Assembly (NCBI GenBank): GCA_965223265.1
Contig: OZ244999.1
Location: forward strand, 8,672,001 to 8,736,000
Reading direction: 5' to 3'
DNA from: Planctomycetota bacterium
Lineage (GTDB): Bacteria; Planctomycetota; UBA8108; SXIK01
Length of the DNA: 64,000 nucleotides
Shown: in pieces, positions 1-10,400 of the stretch
Position numbering within the stretch: position 1 is the first letter of the stretch
Layout: the number at the start of each line of letters is the position of its first letter
Position numbers and translations under genes: made by a program
Notes under the pieces: generated by a model
Databases searched by the model: none
What the model was told of the DNA's origin: nothing
The model's input: the letters and a program-made list of their open reading frames with translations, nothing else

Positions 1-147
1 AACAGCGATGGAGATCCTATCGTTCGCGCCGAGCGCACGCGCATAAGTCCTCGCGTCAACGAGCGCCAGCGACGTCAGCGCGGCACCAGCCGCAGTCTTC
101 TTCAAAAAAGCGCGTCGGGTGTGAAAACGGTCGGCATACTGCGACAT
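1..147 (-). CDS. Tat-exported Gfo/Idh/MocA oxidoreductase, N-terminus only (runs off window edge)
   Basis: Manual translation from ATG at 147: MSQYADRFHTRRAFLKKTAAGAALTSLALVDARTYARALGANDRISIAV; twin-arginine signal followed by the GANDRI motif typical of these proteins. Confidence 0.8.
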   Translation of the reverse strand, partial: MSQYADRFHTRRAFLKKTAAGAALTSLALVDARTYARALGANDRISIAV

Positions 148-347
148 GAGAGAACCCCCCTTGGCGGTTGTCGGCTAGAATCATTCCCTCCATTACAATC
201 GACCCTGCGGGTGTATGTCCACCGGCGAGTCCCTTCTCGCCGGCAGCAGAGCTGCTGTCCGCCATGCAACCTTTGAGAAATCGTTGCAGTCCGCGTACCA
301 TGTGGGACGCATAAAAACTGGACACGTCTCATCTTCGGAGTTTTGAC

Positions 348-1394
348 ATGGCAACCATCAAGGGTCCGGCTGTCTTCCTCGCTCAGTTCATGCGCGATGT
401 TGAGCCGTTCAACAGTATCGATGCCATCGGCCGCTGGTTCGCAGACATGGGCTACAAGGGCGTTCAGATTCCCGGTTGGGACCCGCGCGCTATCGACATC
501 GACAAAGCGGCAACGTCCAAGACATACTGCGACGAGTATCAAGGAAAACTGCGCGCCTTGGGGCTGGAGATTACCGAAGTGACGGGGTATCTCGCCGGCC
601 AGGTGCTCGCGATGCATCCGGCTTACGAGCAGCTGTTTGCGGGCTTTCACCCGCCGGGGCTCAAAGGGCGTGAGCGCACCGAGTGGGCGACGGAGGAGCT
701 CAAGAAGTGCGTCCATGCTTCCGTAAATTTTGGCGTCACATGCATCCCGGTTCTTTCCGGGTCGTTTGCTTGGCACATGGTTTATCCGTGGCCGCAGCGA
801 CCGGCTGGCATCGTTGAGGAGGCGTTTAACGAGCTCGCTCGCGTATGGCGCCCGATCCTCGACTTGGCGCACGAAAACGGATGCAACATCGGGTTCGAGC
901 TCCATCCGGGATCGGACATCTTCGACGGCGCCACGTTCGAACGATTCCTCGACGTGACGAACAACCATCCGGCCGCCTGCCTCAACTACGATCCAAGCCA
1001 CTTCCTCCTGCAACAACTCGACTACTTGGATTTCATCAAGCTCTACGGTGAACGCATCAAGGGCTTTCACGTCAAGGACGCGGAGTTTCGACCATCGGGT
1101 CGCGTCGGCGTCTACGGTGGGTACGAGTCTTGGGTGGGGCGCGCCGGTCGTTTTCGTTCGCTCGGCGACGGGCAAGTCGACTTCAGTCGCGTCTTCACGC
1201 TGATGACCGAGGCAGGGTTCGACGGTTGGGCCGTGCTCGAGTGGGAGTGCTGCTTGAAGAGCCCGGATCAGGGGGCGCGGGAGGGGGCGCCGTTTATCGA
1301 GCGCCACATCATCGAATCGACTGAAGTGACATTCGACGATTTTGCCGGCGGCAGCGACGTCGCTCAGAATCGGCGCATTCTCGGGCTTGACTGA
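348..1394 (+). CDS. Sugar phosphate isomerase/epimerase (xylose-isomerase-like TIM barrel, IolE-like)
   Basis: 348 aa; FELHP, YDPSH, FHVKD and LEWE metal-ligand motifs; GGAG RBS. Confidence 0.9.
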   Translation: MATIKGPAVFLAQFMRDVEPFNSIDAIGRWFADMGYKGVQIPGWDPRAIDIDKAATSKTYCDEYQGKLRALGLEITEVTGYLAGQVLAMHPAYEQLFAGFHPPGLKGRERTEWATEELKKCVHASVNFGVTCIPVLSGSFAWHMVYPWPQRPAGIVEEAFNELARVWRPILDLAHENGCNIGFELHPGSDIFDGATFERFLDVTNNHPAACLNYDPSHFLLQQLDYLDFIKLYGERIKGFHVKDAEFRPSGRVGVYGGYESWVGRAGRFRSLGDGQVDFSRVFTLMTEAGFDGWAVLEWECCLKSPDQGAREGAPFIERHIIESTEVTFDDFAGGSDVAQNRRILGLD

Positions 1395-1482
1395 GCGCGA
1401 GAATACAGAACACGGGAATTCAGAACTAACCAGCGATCGGTGCGCGTCGATGCGCGTCGCTCGAGAGAATCTGAGGACGCTT

Positions 1483-2646
1483 ATGGATTCGTGGAAACGA
1501 AAACTTCGTATGGGAATGGTGGGAGGCGGCCAGGGTGCGTTCATCGGTGGTGTGCATCGAGTTGCTGCGACGCTCGACCAGCAAGCTGAGTTGGTGGCCG
1601 GTTCTTTTTCGCGCGACGCGGAGAACACCCGGATCACAGGAGAGCAGCTCTATCTCGATCCCAAGCGCTGCTACGCGACCTACGAGGAAATGGCGCGGGC
1701 TGAGTCACAGCTGCCCGAGGGCGAGCGAATCGACTTCGTCAGTATCGTGACACCGAACGCTTCGCATTTCCCGATTGCCAAAACTTTTCTCGACGCTGGC
1801 TTTCATGTCGTTTGCGACAAGCCAATGACCTACACACTCGACGAAGCGGAAGAGTTGGCGAAGATCGTCGAAAAATCTGGCAAGGTTTTCGCGGTGACGC
1901 ACAACTACACGGGACATCCACTTGTGCGTCACATGCGACACCTGTTTGAGTCGGGATCAATGGGACAAGTTCGCAAGGTCGTGGTCGAGTACCTGCAAGA
2001 CTTTCTCATGGTGCCGCACGAGAAGCTGGGGCAGAAACAGGCGGCATGGCGCGTCGACCCAGCGCAGTCGGGGATCGGCGGTACGCTCGGTGATGTCGGT
2101 ACGCACTGTGTCAATCTGCTTGAGTACGTCACCCAAGACCCGATCAGCGAGCTGTGTGCAGATCGCAGTACCTTTCTTCCGGACCGCACCCTTGATGAAG
2201 ACGTCAACGCGCTGCTTCGATTCCAAGGCGGTGGTAAGGGCGTCTTGACGATCAGTCAGGTGTCGACGGGCGAAGAGAACGGGCTGAAGCTACGAGTCTA
2301 TGGCTCCGAGGGCGCCGTGCTTTGGGCACAAGAGAACCCGAACTACCTTGAGCTCTATCGCTACGGTGAACCGCGCCAGATGTTGACTCGCGGGCAAGGG
2401 TATCTGTCCGACGTTGCGAATGCGTGCACCCGAGTTCCGACCGGTCACCCCGAAGGCTACCTGGAAGCGTTCGCGACGATTTACTGTGGTGTCGTCGAAG
2501 CGGTTCGCAGCTATATCGACGGCAAGCCGCTACGCACTGAGGAGTACAACTTTCCGACGGTCTATGACGGCCTTCGCGGCATGCAGTTCATCTACAAGGC
2601 AGTAGAGTCCTGCGAGAAGGGAAGTACCTGGGTGAAGATGTCGTAG
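1483..2646 (+). CDS. Gfo/Idh/MocA family oxidoreductase (cytoplasmic)
   Basis: GMVGGGQGAFIG Rossmann motif, VCDKP, GDVGTH; start placed at ATG 1483 after GAGGA. Confidence 0.9.
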   Translation: MDSWKRKLRMGMVGGGQGAFIGGVHRVAATLDQQAELVAGSFSRDAENTRITGEQLYLDPKRCYATYEEMARAESQLPEGERIDFVSIVTPNASHFPIAKTFLDAGFHVVCDKPMTYTLDEAEELAKIVEKSGKVFAVTHNYTGHPLVRHMRHLFESGSMGQVRKVVVEYLQDFLMVPHEKLGQKQAAWRVDPAQSGIGGTLGDVGTHCVNLLEYVTQDPISELCADRSTFLPDRTLDEDVNALLRFQGGGKGVLTISQVSTGEENGLKLRVYGSEGAVLWAQENPNYLELYRYGEPRQMLTRGQGYLSDVANACTRVPTGHPEGYLEAFATIYCGVVEAVRSYIDGKPLRTEEYNFPTVYDGLRGMQFIYKAVESCEKGSTWVKMS

Positions 2647-2670
2647 GTCGAGTGCAGCTGGAGTCGAGCC

Positions 2671-3450
2671 GTGCCGAGCGTGCACAAGCGAGCCCTGGTG
2701 ACGGGTGCGAGTAAAGGAGTGGGACGCGGCATCGCCGTGGCGCTGGCGTCGGCGGGCTGGGACGTTGGCATCAACTTCAATGCCGATGCGACCGGTGCCG
2801 AAACGACTGCCGAGCGTGTGCGATCGTTGGGGCGGCGCTCCTGGCTTCTTGGTGGCGACGTCGGAGACGGGGCGACGGTAGGGCGCATTTTCGATAGGTT
2901 TTGCGCCGATGCCGGTGGGATCGAACTCCTGGTGAACAATGCTGGCGTTCAGACCTGGGCGCCCTTTCTCGAGCTGAGTGAGTCGGATTGGGATCGAACG
3001 ATCCGGACCAACCTGAAAGGGACGTTTCTTTGCAGTCAGAGAGCCGCTCTCCTCATGCGGGAGAGCGGTGGTGGTTCGATCATCAATATCGGCTCCGGCG
3101 CCAACAAAGCGCCATTTCCCAACCTGAGCGATTACTGCGCGTCGAAGGGAGGTATCGAAGCACTCACGCGGGTAACGGCAGTCGAGCTGGGCCCCCACGG
3201 CATTCGGGTCAATTGCGTTGCGCCGGGCTGCATCGAGATCGAGCGCACACAAGAGGAGGACCCGGACTACTCGGGGACATGGAGCCGCGAGACGCCGCTG
3301 CGTCGTATCGGCTATGTCGAGGACGTCGGCGCCGCCGTCGTCTACCTTGCGGGTGAGACGGCGAGTTTCATCACCGGCCAAACCCTGTATATTGACGGCG
3401 GCCTTTGGAGCCAAATCCCCTGGCCGTATGGTCGACGGGACGATAGCTGA
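2671..3450 (+). CDS. SDR family NAD(P)-dependent oxidoreductase
   Basis: TGASKGVG, NNAG, YCASK motifs. Confidence 0.9.
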   Translation: MPSVHKRALVTGASKGVGRGIAVALASAGWDVGINFNADATGAETTAERVRSLGRRSWLLGGDVGDGATVGRIFDRFCADAGGIELLVNNAGVQTWAPFLELSESDWDRTIRTNLKGTFLCSQRAALLMRESGGGSIINIGSGANKAPFPNLSDYCASKGGIEALTRVTAVELGPHGIRVNCVAPGCIEIERTQEEDPDYSGTWSRETPLRRIGYVEDVGAAVVYLAGETASFITGQTLYIDGGLWSQIPWPYGRRDDS

Positions 3451-3464
3451 ACGAAAGGAAGAGT

Positions 3465-3926
3465 ATGGTTGAAAAGAAGGTGGAGAGAATTCCGAGTTTG
3501 GAGAACGATCTCGCGACGCTCCTCGCTGAGCACACACGAGAGCTGCTGGGCGGCGAGGTCTCGGCGCTGGCCGAGTCCGAAGGTATCTCCTCTGAGGACA
3601 CCTTGCGCTACATGTCGTTGAGTGCGCACGTGATCGACGCTCGCGAAGAACGCGGTCTAAGCATTCGTGATGTGTCGCGTCGGTTGCGCGTTGCCCAGTA
3701 TCGATTGCGCGCCGTTGAAGAAGGATCCTTCGGGCAGATTCAGGCAGATGCATTCGCGAAGTACGTCGATTTTCTTTCTGTCAGCACCTTTGTTTTTTCC
3801 TGGGTCGACAACAATCCTGAACTGGCTGAGCGCGCAGGCGTCGGTGCTGGCGCGCGTCGGCTGAAAGAGCGGCGCGCATGGCATTCACGCAGACGTCGGC
3901 GCGTCGCCGAACGTGAGACGAAATGA
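3465..3926 (+). CDS. XRE/HTH_25-like helix-turn-helix protein with Arg-rich C-terminus
   Basis: AREERGLSIRDVSRRLRVAQYRLRAVEEG HTH-like segment; AAGGA RBS; stop overlaps next start (ATGA). Confidence 0.65.
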   Translation: MVEKKVERIPSLENDLATLLAEHTRELLGGEVSALAESEGISSEDTLRYMSLSAHVIDAREERGLSIRDVSRRLRVAQYRLRAVEEGSFGQIQADAFAKYVDFLSVSTFVFSWVDNNPELAERAGVGAGARRLKERRAWHSRRRRRVAERETK

Positions 3927-4681
3927 AGAACAAACTGAAGGAGAAGCTTTCGCGCGGTGAGGTGGCCGTCGGTAGCTTCGTATACGTACCGTCCTCCAAG
4001 TTGACGGAAATTGTTGGTTGGACCGGATTCGACTTCGTTGTCGTGGACATGGAGCACGGCCCTGTGGACACGTCGATCGCTGAGGACATGGTACGCGCCG
4101 CCGAGCACAGCGGCGCGACGCCGATCATCCGCGTCTCCCACAACTCGCCGCATCTGATCCTGCGCGCGTTCGACGTTGGTGCCCACGCGATTCACGTCCC
4201 AGAGATCAACACCGCGGAGGAAGCGCGCGCCGCGGCTGCTAGCGCCCGCTACGGCCCGATCGGACATCGCGGGCTCGCCGGTGTGCGCGCCGCCAAGCAT
4301 GGTCTTGCCGGTTCGTTGTCGGAATACGCGCAGCGTGCCAACGAGGAAGTCATGGTCATCGCTCACATAGAGCACGTGCGGGCGGTCGAGAACCTCGATG
4401 ATCTCTTGGCGGTCGACGGCATCGACGTTTACTACCTCGGACCGGAGGACCTTTCGAACAGCCTCGGGATTCCCGGTAAGAGCAAGGATCCCAAGGTCGT
4501 TTCGCTTGTGGAAGAGTCGATTCAACGCATCGCCGCTGCCGGCAAAGTCGCCGGCTGCATCGCGGCGGACGTGCCGACGGCGCGGCGCTATCGGGAGCTT
4601 GGCGCGCTCTACATCGCGTCCCACGCGATCAAGTTCATGGCGCAGGGATCGAGGGCCTTTATGTCAGAGGTGCGCGCATGA
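3923..4681 (+). CDS. HpcH/HpaI aldolase family protein
   Basis: GFDFVVVDMEHG and LGPEDLS motifs. Confidence 0.9.
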   Translation: MKNKLKEKLSRGEVAVGSFVYVPSSKLTEIVGWTGFDFVVVDMEHGPVDTSIAEDMVRAAEHSGATPIIRVSHNSPHLILRAFDVGAHAIHVPEINTAEEARAAAASARYGPIGHRGLAGVRAAKHGLAGSLSEYAQRANEEVMVIAHIEHVRAVENLDDLLAVDGIDVYYLGPEDLSNSLGIPGKSKDPKVVSLVEESIQRIAAAGKVAGCIAADVPTARRYRELGALYIASHAIKFMAQGSRAFMSEVRA

Positions 4682-5508
4682 GCGGCGGCGAAATCAGGAA
4701 CGATGGTCTTCGTGGGCTGCGCGCCATCGTCACGGGCGCGGCGCAGGGGCTTGGACTTGGAATCGCCGAGGAGCTCGCGCGTCGCGGTGCGGCCGTGCTG
4801 ATCGCGGACGTGCAGGCAGACAAGGCGGCAGCGGCGGCGAAGGGGCTTAGCGACTCTGGGCTCAGCGTCGAGTCGACGGCGTTGGATATCACGAACAGCG
4901 CCCAGGTGGCGGCGGTGTTCGGCGAGTTTGCGTCAAAAGAGGGGCTCGACATCGTAGTCAACAACGCGGGCAGCGGACAGAAGGTTGCCTCGGTGTCTGA
5001 GCTTTCGGATGAAGAATGGGCGCGCGTCATCAACATCACGCTGACGGGCACTTTTTACTGCGCGCGCGAAGCTGCCCGCATCATGGAGCGCAGAGAGAGC
5101 GGTGCGATCGTCAACGTTGCCTCGATCAACGGCCAAGAAGCAGCGGCGCAAGTCGCAGCGTACAACGTCGCCAAAGCCGGAGTCATCAGCTTGACCCGTA
5201 CCATGGCGCTCGAGCTCGCAGCTTATGGTGTACGCGTCAACGCGGTCAGCCCCGGGCCTGTCTACACCGATTTCAACCGCAGTGTCATGGCGCAGCGCTC
5301 CGAGAGTCTCGGCATCGGCGAGGATCAAATGATCGAACGCGTGCGCACTGCGATCCCGCTCGGCCGTTGGGGTGAACCCGTGGACATCGCCCGGGCGGTC
5401 GCTTTTCTGGCCGGCCCGGAGTCTGCGTGGATCACCGGTGAAACGATTCCCGTCAGCGGTGGACTCCGTGGCGTCTCTGCCGCGCCGCCGAAGCGTCCAA
5501 AGAAGTGA
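4678..5508 (+). CDS. SDR family oxidoreductase
   Basis: TGAAQGLG, NNAG, YNVAK, VNAVSPG; ATGA overlap with upstream gene. Confidence 0.9.
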   Translation: MSGGEIRNDGLRGLRAIVTGAAQGLGLGIAEELARRGAAVLIADVQADKAAAAAKGLSDSGLSVESTALDITNSAQVAAVFGEFASKEGLDIVVNNAGSGQKVASVSELSDEEWARVINITLTGTFYCAREAARIMERRESGAIVNVASINGQEAAAQVAAYNVAKAGVISLTRTMALELAAYGVRVNAVSPGPVYTDFNRSVMAQRSESLGIGEDQMIERVRTAIPLGRWGEPVDIARAVAFLAGPESAWITGETIPVSGGLRGVSAAPPKRPKK

Positions 5509-5580
5509 CGTAGTTCTGGATCTCTTGGGAGTCTGTCGAGATGGCTTTTTTTAACTTCGCCTGAAGCATTGGAGTGCTCA

Positions 5581-5955
5581 ATGAAACCGTTATCGCTCAT
5601 CGGTGCTATCGTCGGCGGTGCCATCGGCGCAGTCGCTTGGGGATTGATTACGAAGTACACCAATTATGAAGTCGGTTTCGTTGCCTGGGGCATCGGGCTC
5701 TTGGTTGGCTTCGGCGCTTTGCTTCTCGGTGGTGGAGGGAAGGCGAATGGGATTGCATGCGCCATCATCGCGGCCGTTGCCATCTTCGCGGGCAAGATGC
5801 TGAGCGTCACATTTGTGAATCCCGACATTGGCTTCAACGAGAACTTGGAGGCTGTGAAGAGCAATCTCGGTCCCATCGACGCGCTCTTTTTCGGCCTCGG
5901 AGTTGTGACTGCGTTTCAGGTCGGCTCGCGGTCGTCGCGCTCGTCAGACGATTGA
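5581..5955 (+). CDS. Hypothetical multi-pass membrane protein
   Basis: About four Gly-rich hydrophobic segments; GGAG RBS before ATG 5581. Confidence 0.75.
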   Translation: MKPLSLIGAIVGGAIGAVAWGLITKYTNYEVGFVAWGIGLLVGFGALLLGGGGKANGIACAIIAAVAIFAGKMLSVTFVNPDIGFNENLEAVKSNLGPIDALFFGLGVVTAFQVGSRSSRSSDD

Positions 5956-6000
5956 GGTGTAAGAGGGGCGCCCGCTGGCTCGAATAGAACGCTGGGCGCC

Positions 6001-6744
6001 TTACGGCACGCTTGCGGTTTTCGCTGGCGGCACGCTGGAATGGACGTGATTCGGTTTCCGCTCGCGCTCGAGGTCGATGACGTTTCGCAAGATGCTCTCG
6101 GCGATGTAGCGACCGTACGTTGTTCGGATCGTGTCGTGAAACGACGCTGTTGCGTCGGGGTCGTACGGAATGAGAAAGGGCGCTGCGAGGAGTGACGAAC
6201 CACCGTACCCGGGGACCCACCAACCGGTCGACGCCCAAAAGCCGCGTTCGAAGTCGCAGTGCCGGATGTCAAACGTCGTCGCGATCGTATCGCTGCGCGC
6301 GGCCGAACGGTCCTGTGGGTTGTAAATCGTATATGACGTCGGCACATCGCAGCGGTACACGTATCCGTTCCAGGCGTGACTGAAGAGAAGAAAGCCGGGG
6401 AACGTGATCAAGAAGTTCCATCCGGAGCCGTGAAACTCCGGCTGCGGGTCGAGTGCAAGGACGACGTCAGGCGTGAACTCTGCGTCGCTCACCTCCCACC
6501 GCCATCCCGTGCGAACTCGATCGACTGCAGGGTGGTTGCGTAGAGCTTCGACGACATGCTGAACAAATGGCGACTGATTGTCCTCGGGGTCGCGGCGTAG
6601 CAACGCAACGTTGTGGCGCCGCCCGAGCGTGTCGCCGGGGGAAGAGTGATAGTCGTCGAGGTTTTTCACCTGCATGGAATGCGTGCAGGCAACGAGAAAA
6701 AGCGGGGCGATGAGTGGGAGCGGGGCGAAGTTGCGCGTCTTCAT
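6001..6744 (-). CDS. Hypothetical lipoprotein
   Basis: Start MKTRNF with GGAGG RBS; lipobox LVAC; the upstream ORF extension is repeat-derived. Confidence 0.75.
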   Translation of the reverse strand: MKTRNFAPLPLIAPLFLVACTHSMQVKNLDDYHSSPGDTLGRRHNVALLRRDPEDNQSPFVQHVVEALRNHPAVDRVRTGWRWEVSDAEFTPDVVLALDPQPEFHGSGWNFLITFPGFLLFSHAWNGYVYRCDVPTSYTIYNPQDRSAARSDTIATTFDIRHCDFERGFWASTGWWVPGYGGSSLLAAPFLIPYDPDATASFHDTIRTTYGRYIAESILRNVIDLERERKPNHVHSSVPPAKTASVP

Positions 6745-6846
6745 GGAGCGACCTCCGTGCAGGATTCGTGGATGCTGGGGACTCGAAGAGGTGTCGACCG
6801 AAGGTCTGAACGGCAAAGGCACGTTGGGTGTGACAGAATTCTTTTT

Positions 6847-7155
6847 GGCAGAGGCAGAGGCGGAGGCAGAGGCGGAGGCAGAGGCGGAGGCAGAGGCGGA
6901 GGCAGAGGCGGAGGCAGAGGCGGAGGCAGAGGCGGAGGCAGACGGAGGCAGAGACACAGATAGGGAGTCAGAAGCGGACGCAGACTCAGAGTGCGCCCAC
7001 GCTCACGCCCACGCCCACGCCCACGCCCACGCCCACGCCCACGCCCACGCCCACGCTCACGCTCACGCTCACGCTCACGCCCACGCCCACGCCCACGCAA
7101 AACCGGAACCGAGCCAGAACGTCGCCGACGCACTCGCACTCGTAGCCGCACTCGT
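6847..7155. repeat. Hexamer microsatellite tracts: (GGCGGA GGCAGA)n, then (GCCCAC/GCTCAC)n, then degenerate CACTCG units
   Basis: Directly visible tandem 6/12-bp units at 6847-6945 and 6995-7097 in a divergent intergenic region. Confidence 0.95.
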
Positions 7156-7420
7156 CGCGAATCGAAGGCGGGATCCGGGGGGAGACCGACGCGAATGCGG
7201 TTCGCGGTGGAGTGAGTGAGCATTCGATGTCTCGTCCCGGGCCGCCGCACAGAAACCGAACCCGAGCTCCGGTCTGGACTCGCTCGCCGTTCCGTCGCGG
7301 TGCGGTCTCACACGACACTTGCAGTCATGATGTGTCATTCCCTTTGGTCGGCCGCCGGCTCTGTGGTAAGACGGAACGGAAGGACTCTTGTCAGCATCGC
7401 GGCGGAGGTGATCTGTTCTT

Positions 7421-10400
7421 GTGTCGCGACGAGAAAGATCGCCCGCCGAATCAACAACTGGTTCTCACGTCGTGACGCGCAACCATCGATCTTCGTTTCA
7501 CCGCTCTTGGGTCGAGGCGGTGTTGGCCCTATGTGTCATCGCCGCGGCTTGTACGTTGTCGCCGCTGCGACTGTTCGCAAGCGACGTCGTCATCAGCGAG
7601 TTCATGGCGGCAAACGGGGCCACGCTCTTGGATGGCGATTCTGAGGCGTCGGACTGGATCGAGGTCTTCAACGCCCGAGACGTACCGGTCTCGCTTGCCG
7701 GTTGGACTCTTTCGGACGATCCTAGCGTGCCGCAGAAGTGGACGTTTCCAGAAATTGAATTGGGAGCCCAGTCGTTCTTGGTTGTCTTTGCGTCTGGTAA
7801 GGATCGCCGCGACCCGGCTGCCGAGCTGCACACGAATTTCAAGCTGTCGCGCTCGGGCGAGTACCTTGCGCTCTACGATCCGTTAGTTGAGGTGGCGACG
7901 GCGTTCGCGCCAGAATTTCCCGAGCAGCGCCATGACGCTTCGTTTGGTACACCGATGCAGCTGCGCGCGACGACGGTTCTCGACGCAACGACTCCGGCGC
8001 GTATCCTCGTCCCGATGTCAGCCGGCGACGCACCGGATGAGTGGGTGACTCCGGAGTACAACGATTTTGTATGGATGGATTCCACAATGGGGGTCGGATA
8101 CGACCAAAAGGATCCGGCGACCGTCGATGATCTGATCGAGACTGACCTCGGTGAATCGATGCGCGGCTTCAACGCGTCTCTCCTCATGCGCGTGCCGTTC
8201 GTCGCGCCTGACTTGGACACCGCGGCGTTTTTTCGAATGCTCGTGCAGCTCGATGGAGGCTTCATTGCTCATCTAAACGGTGTCGAGATAGCACGCGAGA
8301 ACGCACCCGCGCGTTCGTCCTTTCGATCTAGCGCGCTCGAGAGTCGACCTCCCGCGGCGCTAAGACGCGTCGTGGAAATCCCGATCCCGTCTGGTCGAGA
8401 CTTGCTTCGCCCTGGCGAGAACCTTCTCGCTATTCAAGTGATGAACGACGAGCGAGAGAGCCCTGACCTGCTGTTTCGGCCGGTGCTCGAAGTCGTTGTC
8501 GTAGATGGCTTCGCTGACGCAACGCGCTTTTTTTCTCGGCCGACGCCGGCTTGGCCAAACCCTCCTGGAGGTGAGAATGGGATCGCGCGGCCGCCCGTGT
8601 TCAGTCGGAATCACGAGCTCTTCAGCGGCACCTTTGTCGTCGAACTGGCGAGTGCTGTACCGCAGGCGACGATTCGTTACACCGTCGATGGTTCTGACCC
8701 TGATGAGTTTTCAGCACTCTTCTCGGAAGCGTTGACGCTCGATGCAAGCACGCACGTGATCGCGCGCGCTTTCGAGCCTGGGATGGTGCCGAGTGACCCA
8801 GTTCGAGCCTCCTACCTCGCTGTCGATCCAGCGATCTTGGAGGTGGACTCGGATTTGCCGCTCGTCGTTTTGAGCACCTTTGGAAAGTTGATTTCACCGG
8901 GCGGCAATTCGTCCGTTGCCGTGCATGTGCGTGTCGTCGGTGATGCGGGAGGTGGTGGCCGTGTTCGGCTGACGGATGCACCGAGTTTTGTCGGTGACGG
9001 GGCGATTAAAACTCGCGGCTCGACGACCTTGAGTCGTCCGAAGAAGTCCTACGGGTTAGAGCTCCGCGACGTGTTCGGGGATGATCTTGATGCCGAAATC
9101 CTGGGAATGCCGGCGGAGTCGGATTGGGTCTTCTACGGTCCGCATCAGGACACTTCACTCCTGCGCAACGCGTTCATCTACGAAGTCAGCCGAAGCATTG
9201 GGCGTTATGCCGCGCGGACGCGGTTTTGCGAGGTCTACCTAAGCCAAGGACAAGGCAGCGTCTCGGCGGCCGACTACGTCGGCTTGTATGTCCTTATGGA
9301 GAAGATCAAGCGCGGCGAGGAGCGTGTCGATGTCGAGGAACTGCGGCCGGTGCATGCGACCGAACCCGAAGTGACAGGTGGCTACATCATCAAACGTGAT
9401 CGACCGGATCCTGGTGACCTGGGCTTCGAAGCCGGAGGAGACACACTGCGCTACGTGGAACCCAAGGAGCGTGAAATCACGTCCGAGCAGAAAGCTTGGC
9501 TGACCGACTACATCGATCGTTTCGCCCAGGCGCTTGAAGGTCCGGAGTATGGCTACGACGAGTACATCGACGTCGGTTCCTGGATCGATCATCATTTGCT
9601 CAACGAGTTCACGATCAACCCGGACGGTTTCGAGCATTCGACCTACATGTTCAAGCGACGTGGCGGCAAGCTTGAAGCGGGGCCGATCTGGGATTTCAAC
9701 CTGGCGCTCGGCTTCGGAGGCAGCGGGCCTGTCGGTTGGTCCGTGAATCGTTTCTGGATTTGGTGGGGGCGTTTGCTGCGAGATCCCGCCTTCCAGAGTC
9801 AGTACAAACTGCGCTGGAGGGAGCTTCGCGGCGGGCCGATGGCGACGGACGCGCTCCTCGCCGTGATCGACCGCCACGTAGACACGATCCGCGAAGCTCA
9901 GGCGCGGAACTTCGGCGCCTGGCCCGAGTCCGAGGACGCTGACGGTTGGGACGCAGATGTTGAGGCACTCAAGTTGTGGGTGCGAGAGCGCGTTCGTTGG
10001 ATGGACTCCGACGTGCTCGCCAAGCCGGTGTTGAGCCCAGAGGGCGGGCGAGTCGAGCGTGGCATTGAGGTCTCGCTCTCCGCCGACGAGGGGCAAATCT
10101 ATTACACGATCGACGGCAGTGATCCGCGCGGCGAACTGCATGATCCAGGGCCGACGGCCATCCTCTATGACGCACCGATCGTCGTGGACGGCAACACCCT
10201 GCTCCAGGCGCGCGTTCGCATTGACACAGAGATTTGGAGCGGGACATCGGTGGGAACGTACATCACTGATCCGCTGACGGTGGCGCCGAGCGAAATCATG
10301 TACAACCCAACCGCCGATCCTGCGGGGCAGGCAGGATTCGGTCCGCAAGACTTCGAATTCATTGAGCTCGTCAATTTCGGCGGCGAGCCGGTCGATCTGC

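Noticed and set aside
102-1637. Long antisense ORFs (also 2530-3753, 9239-10348, 49398-50489 and others)
   Set aside because: Shadow ORFs opposite well-supported genes, expected in high-GC DNA
6613-7338. ORFs encoding poly(AE), poly(AH), poly(RP) or poly(GV)
   Set aside because: Open in several frames only because the hexamer repeats lack stops; some overlap the real lipoprotein gene; no convincing RBS
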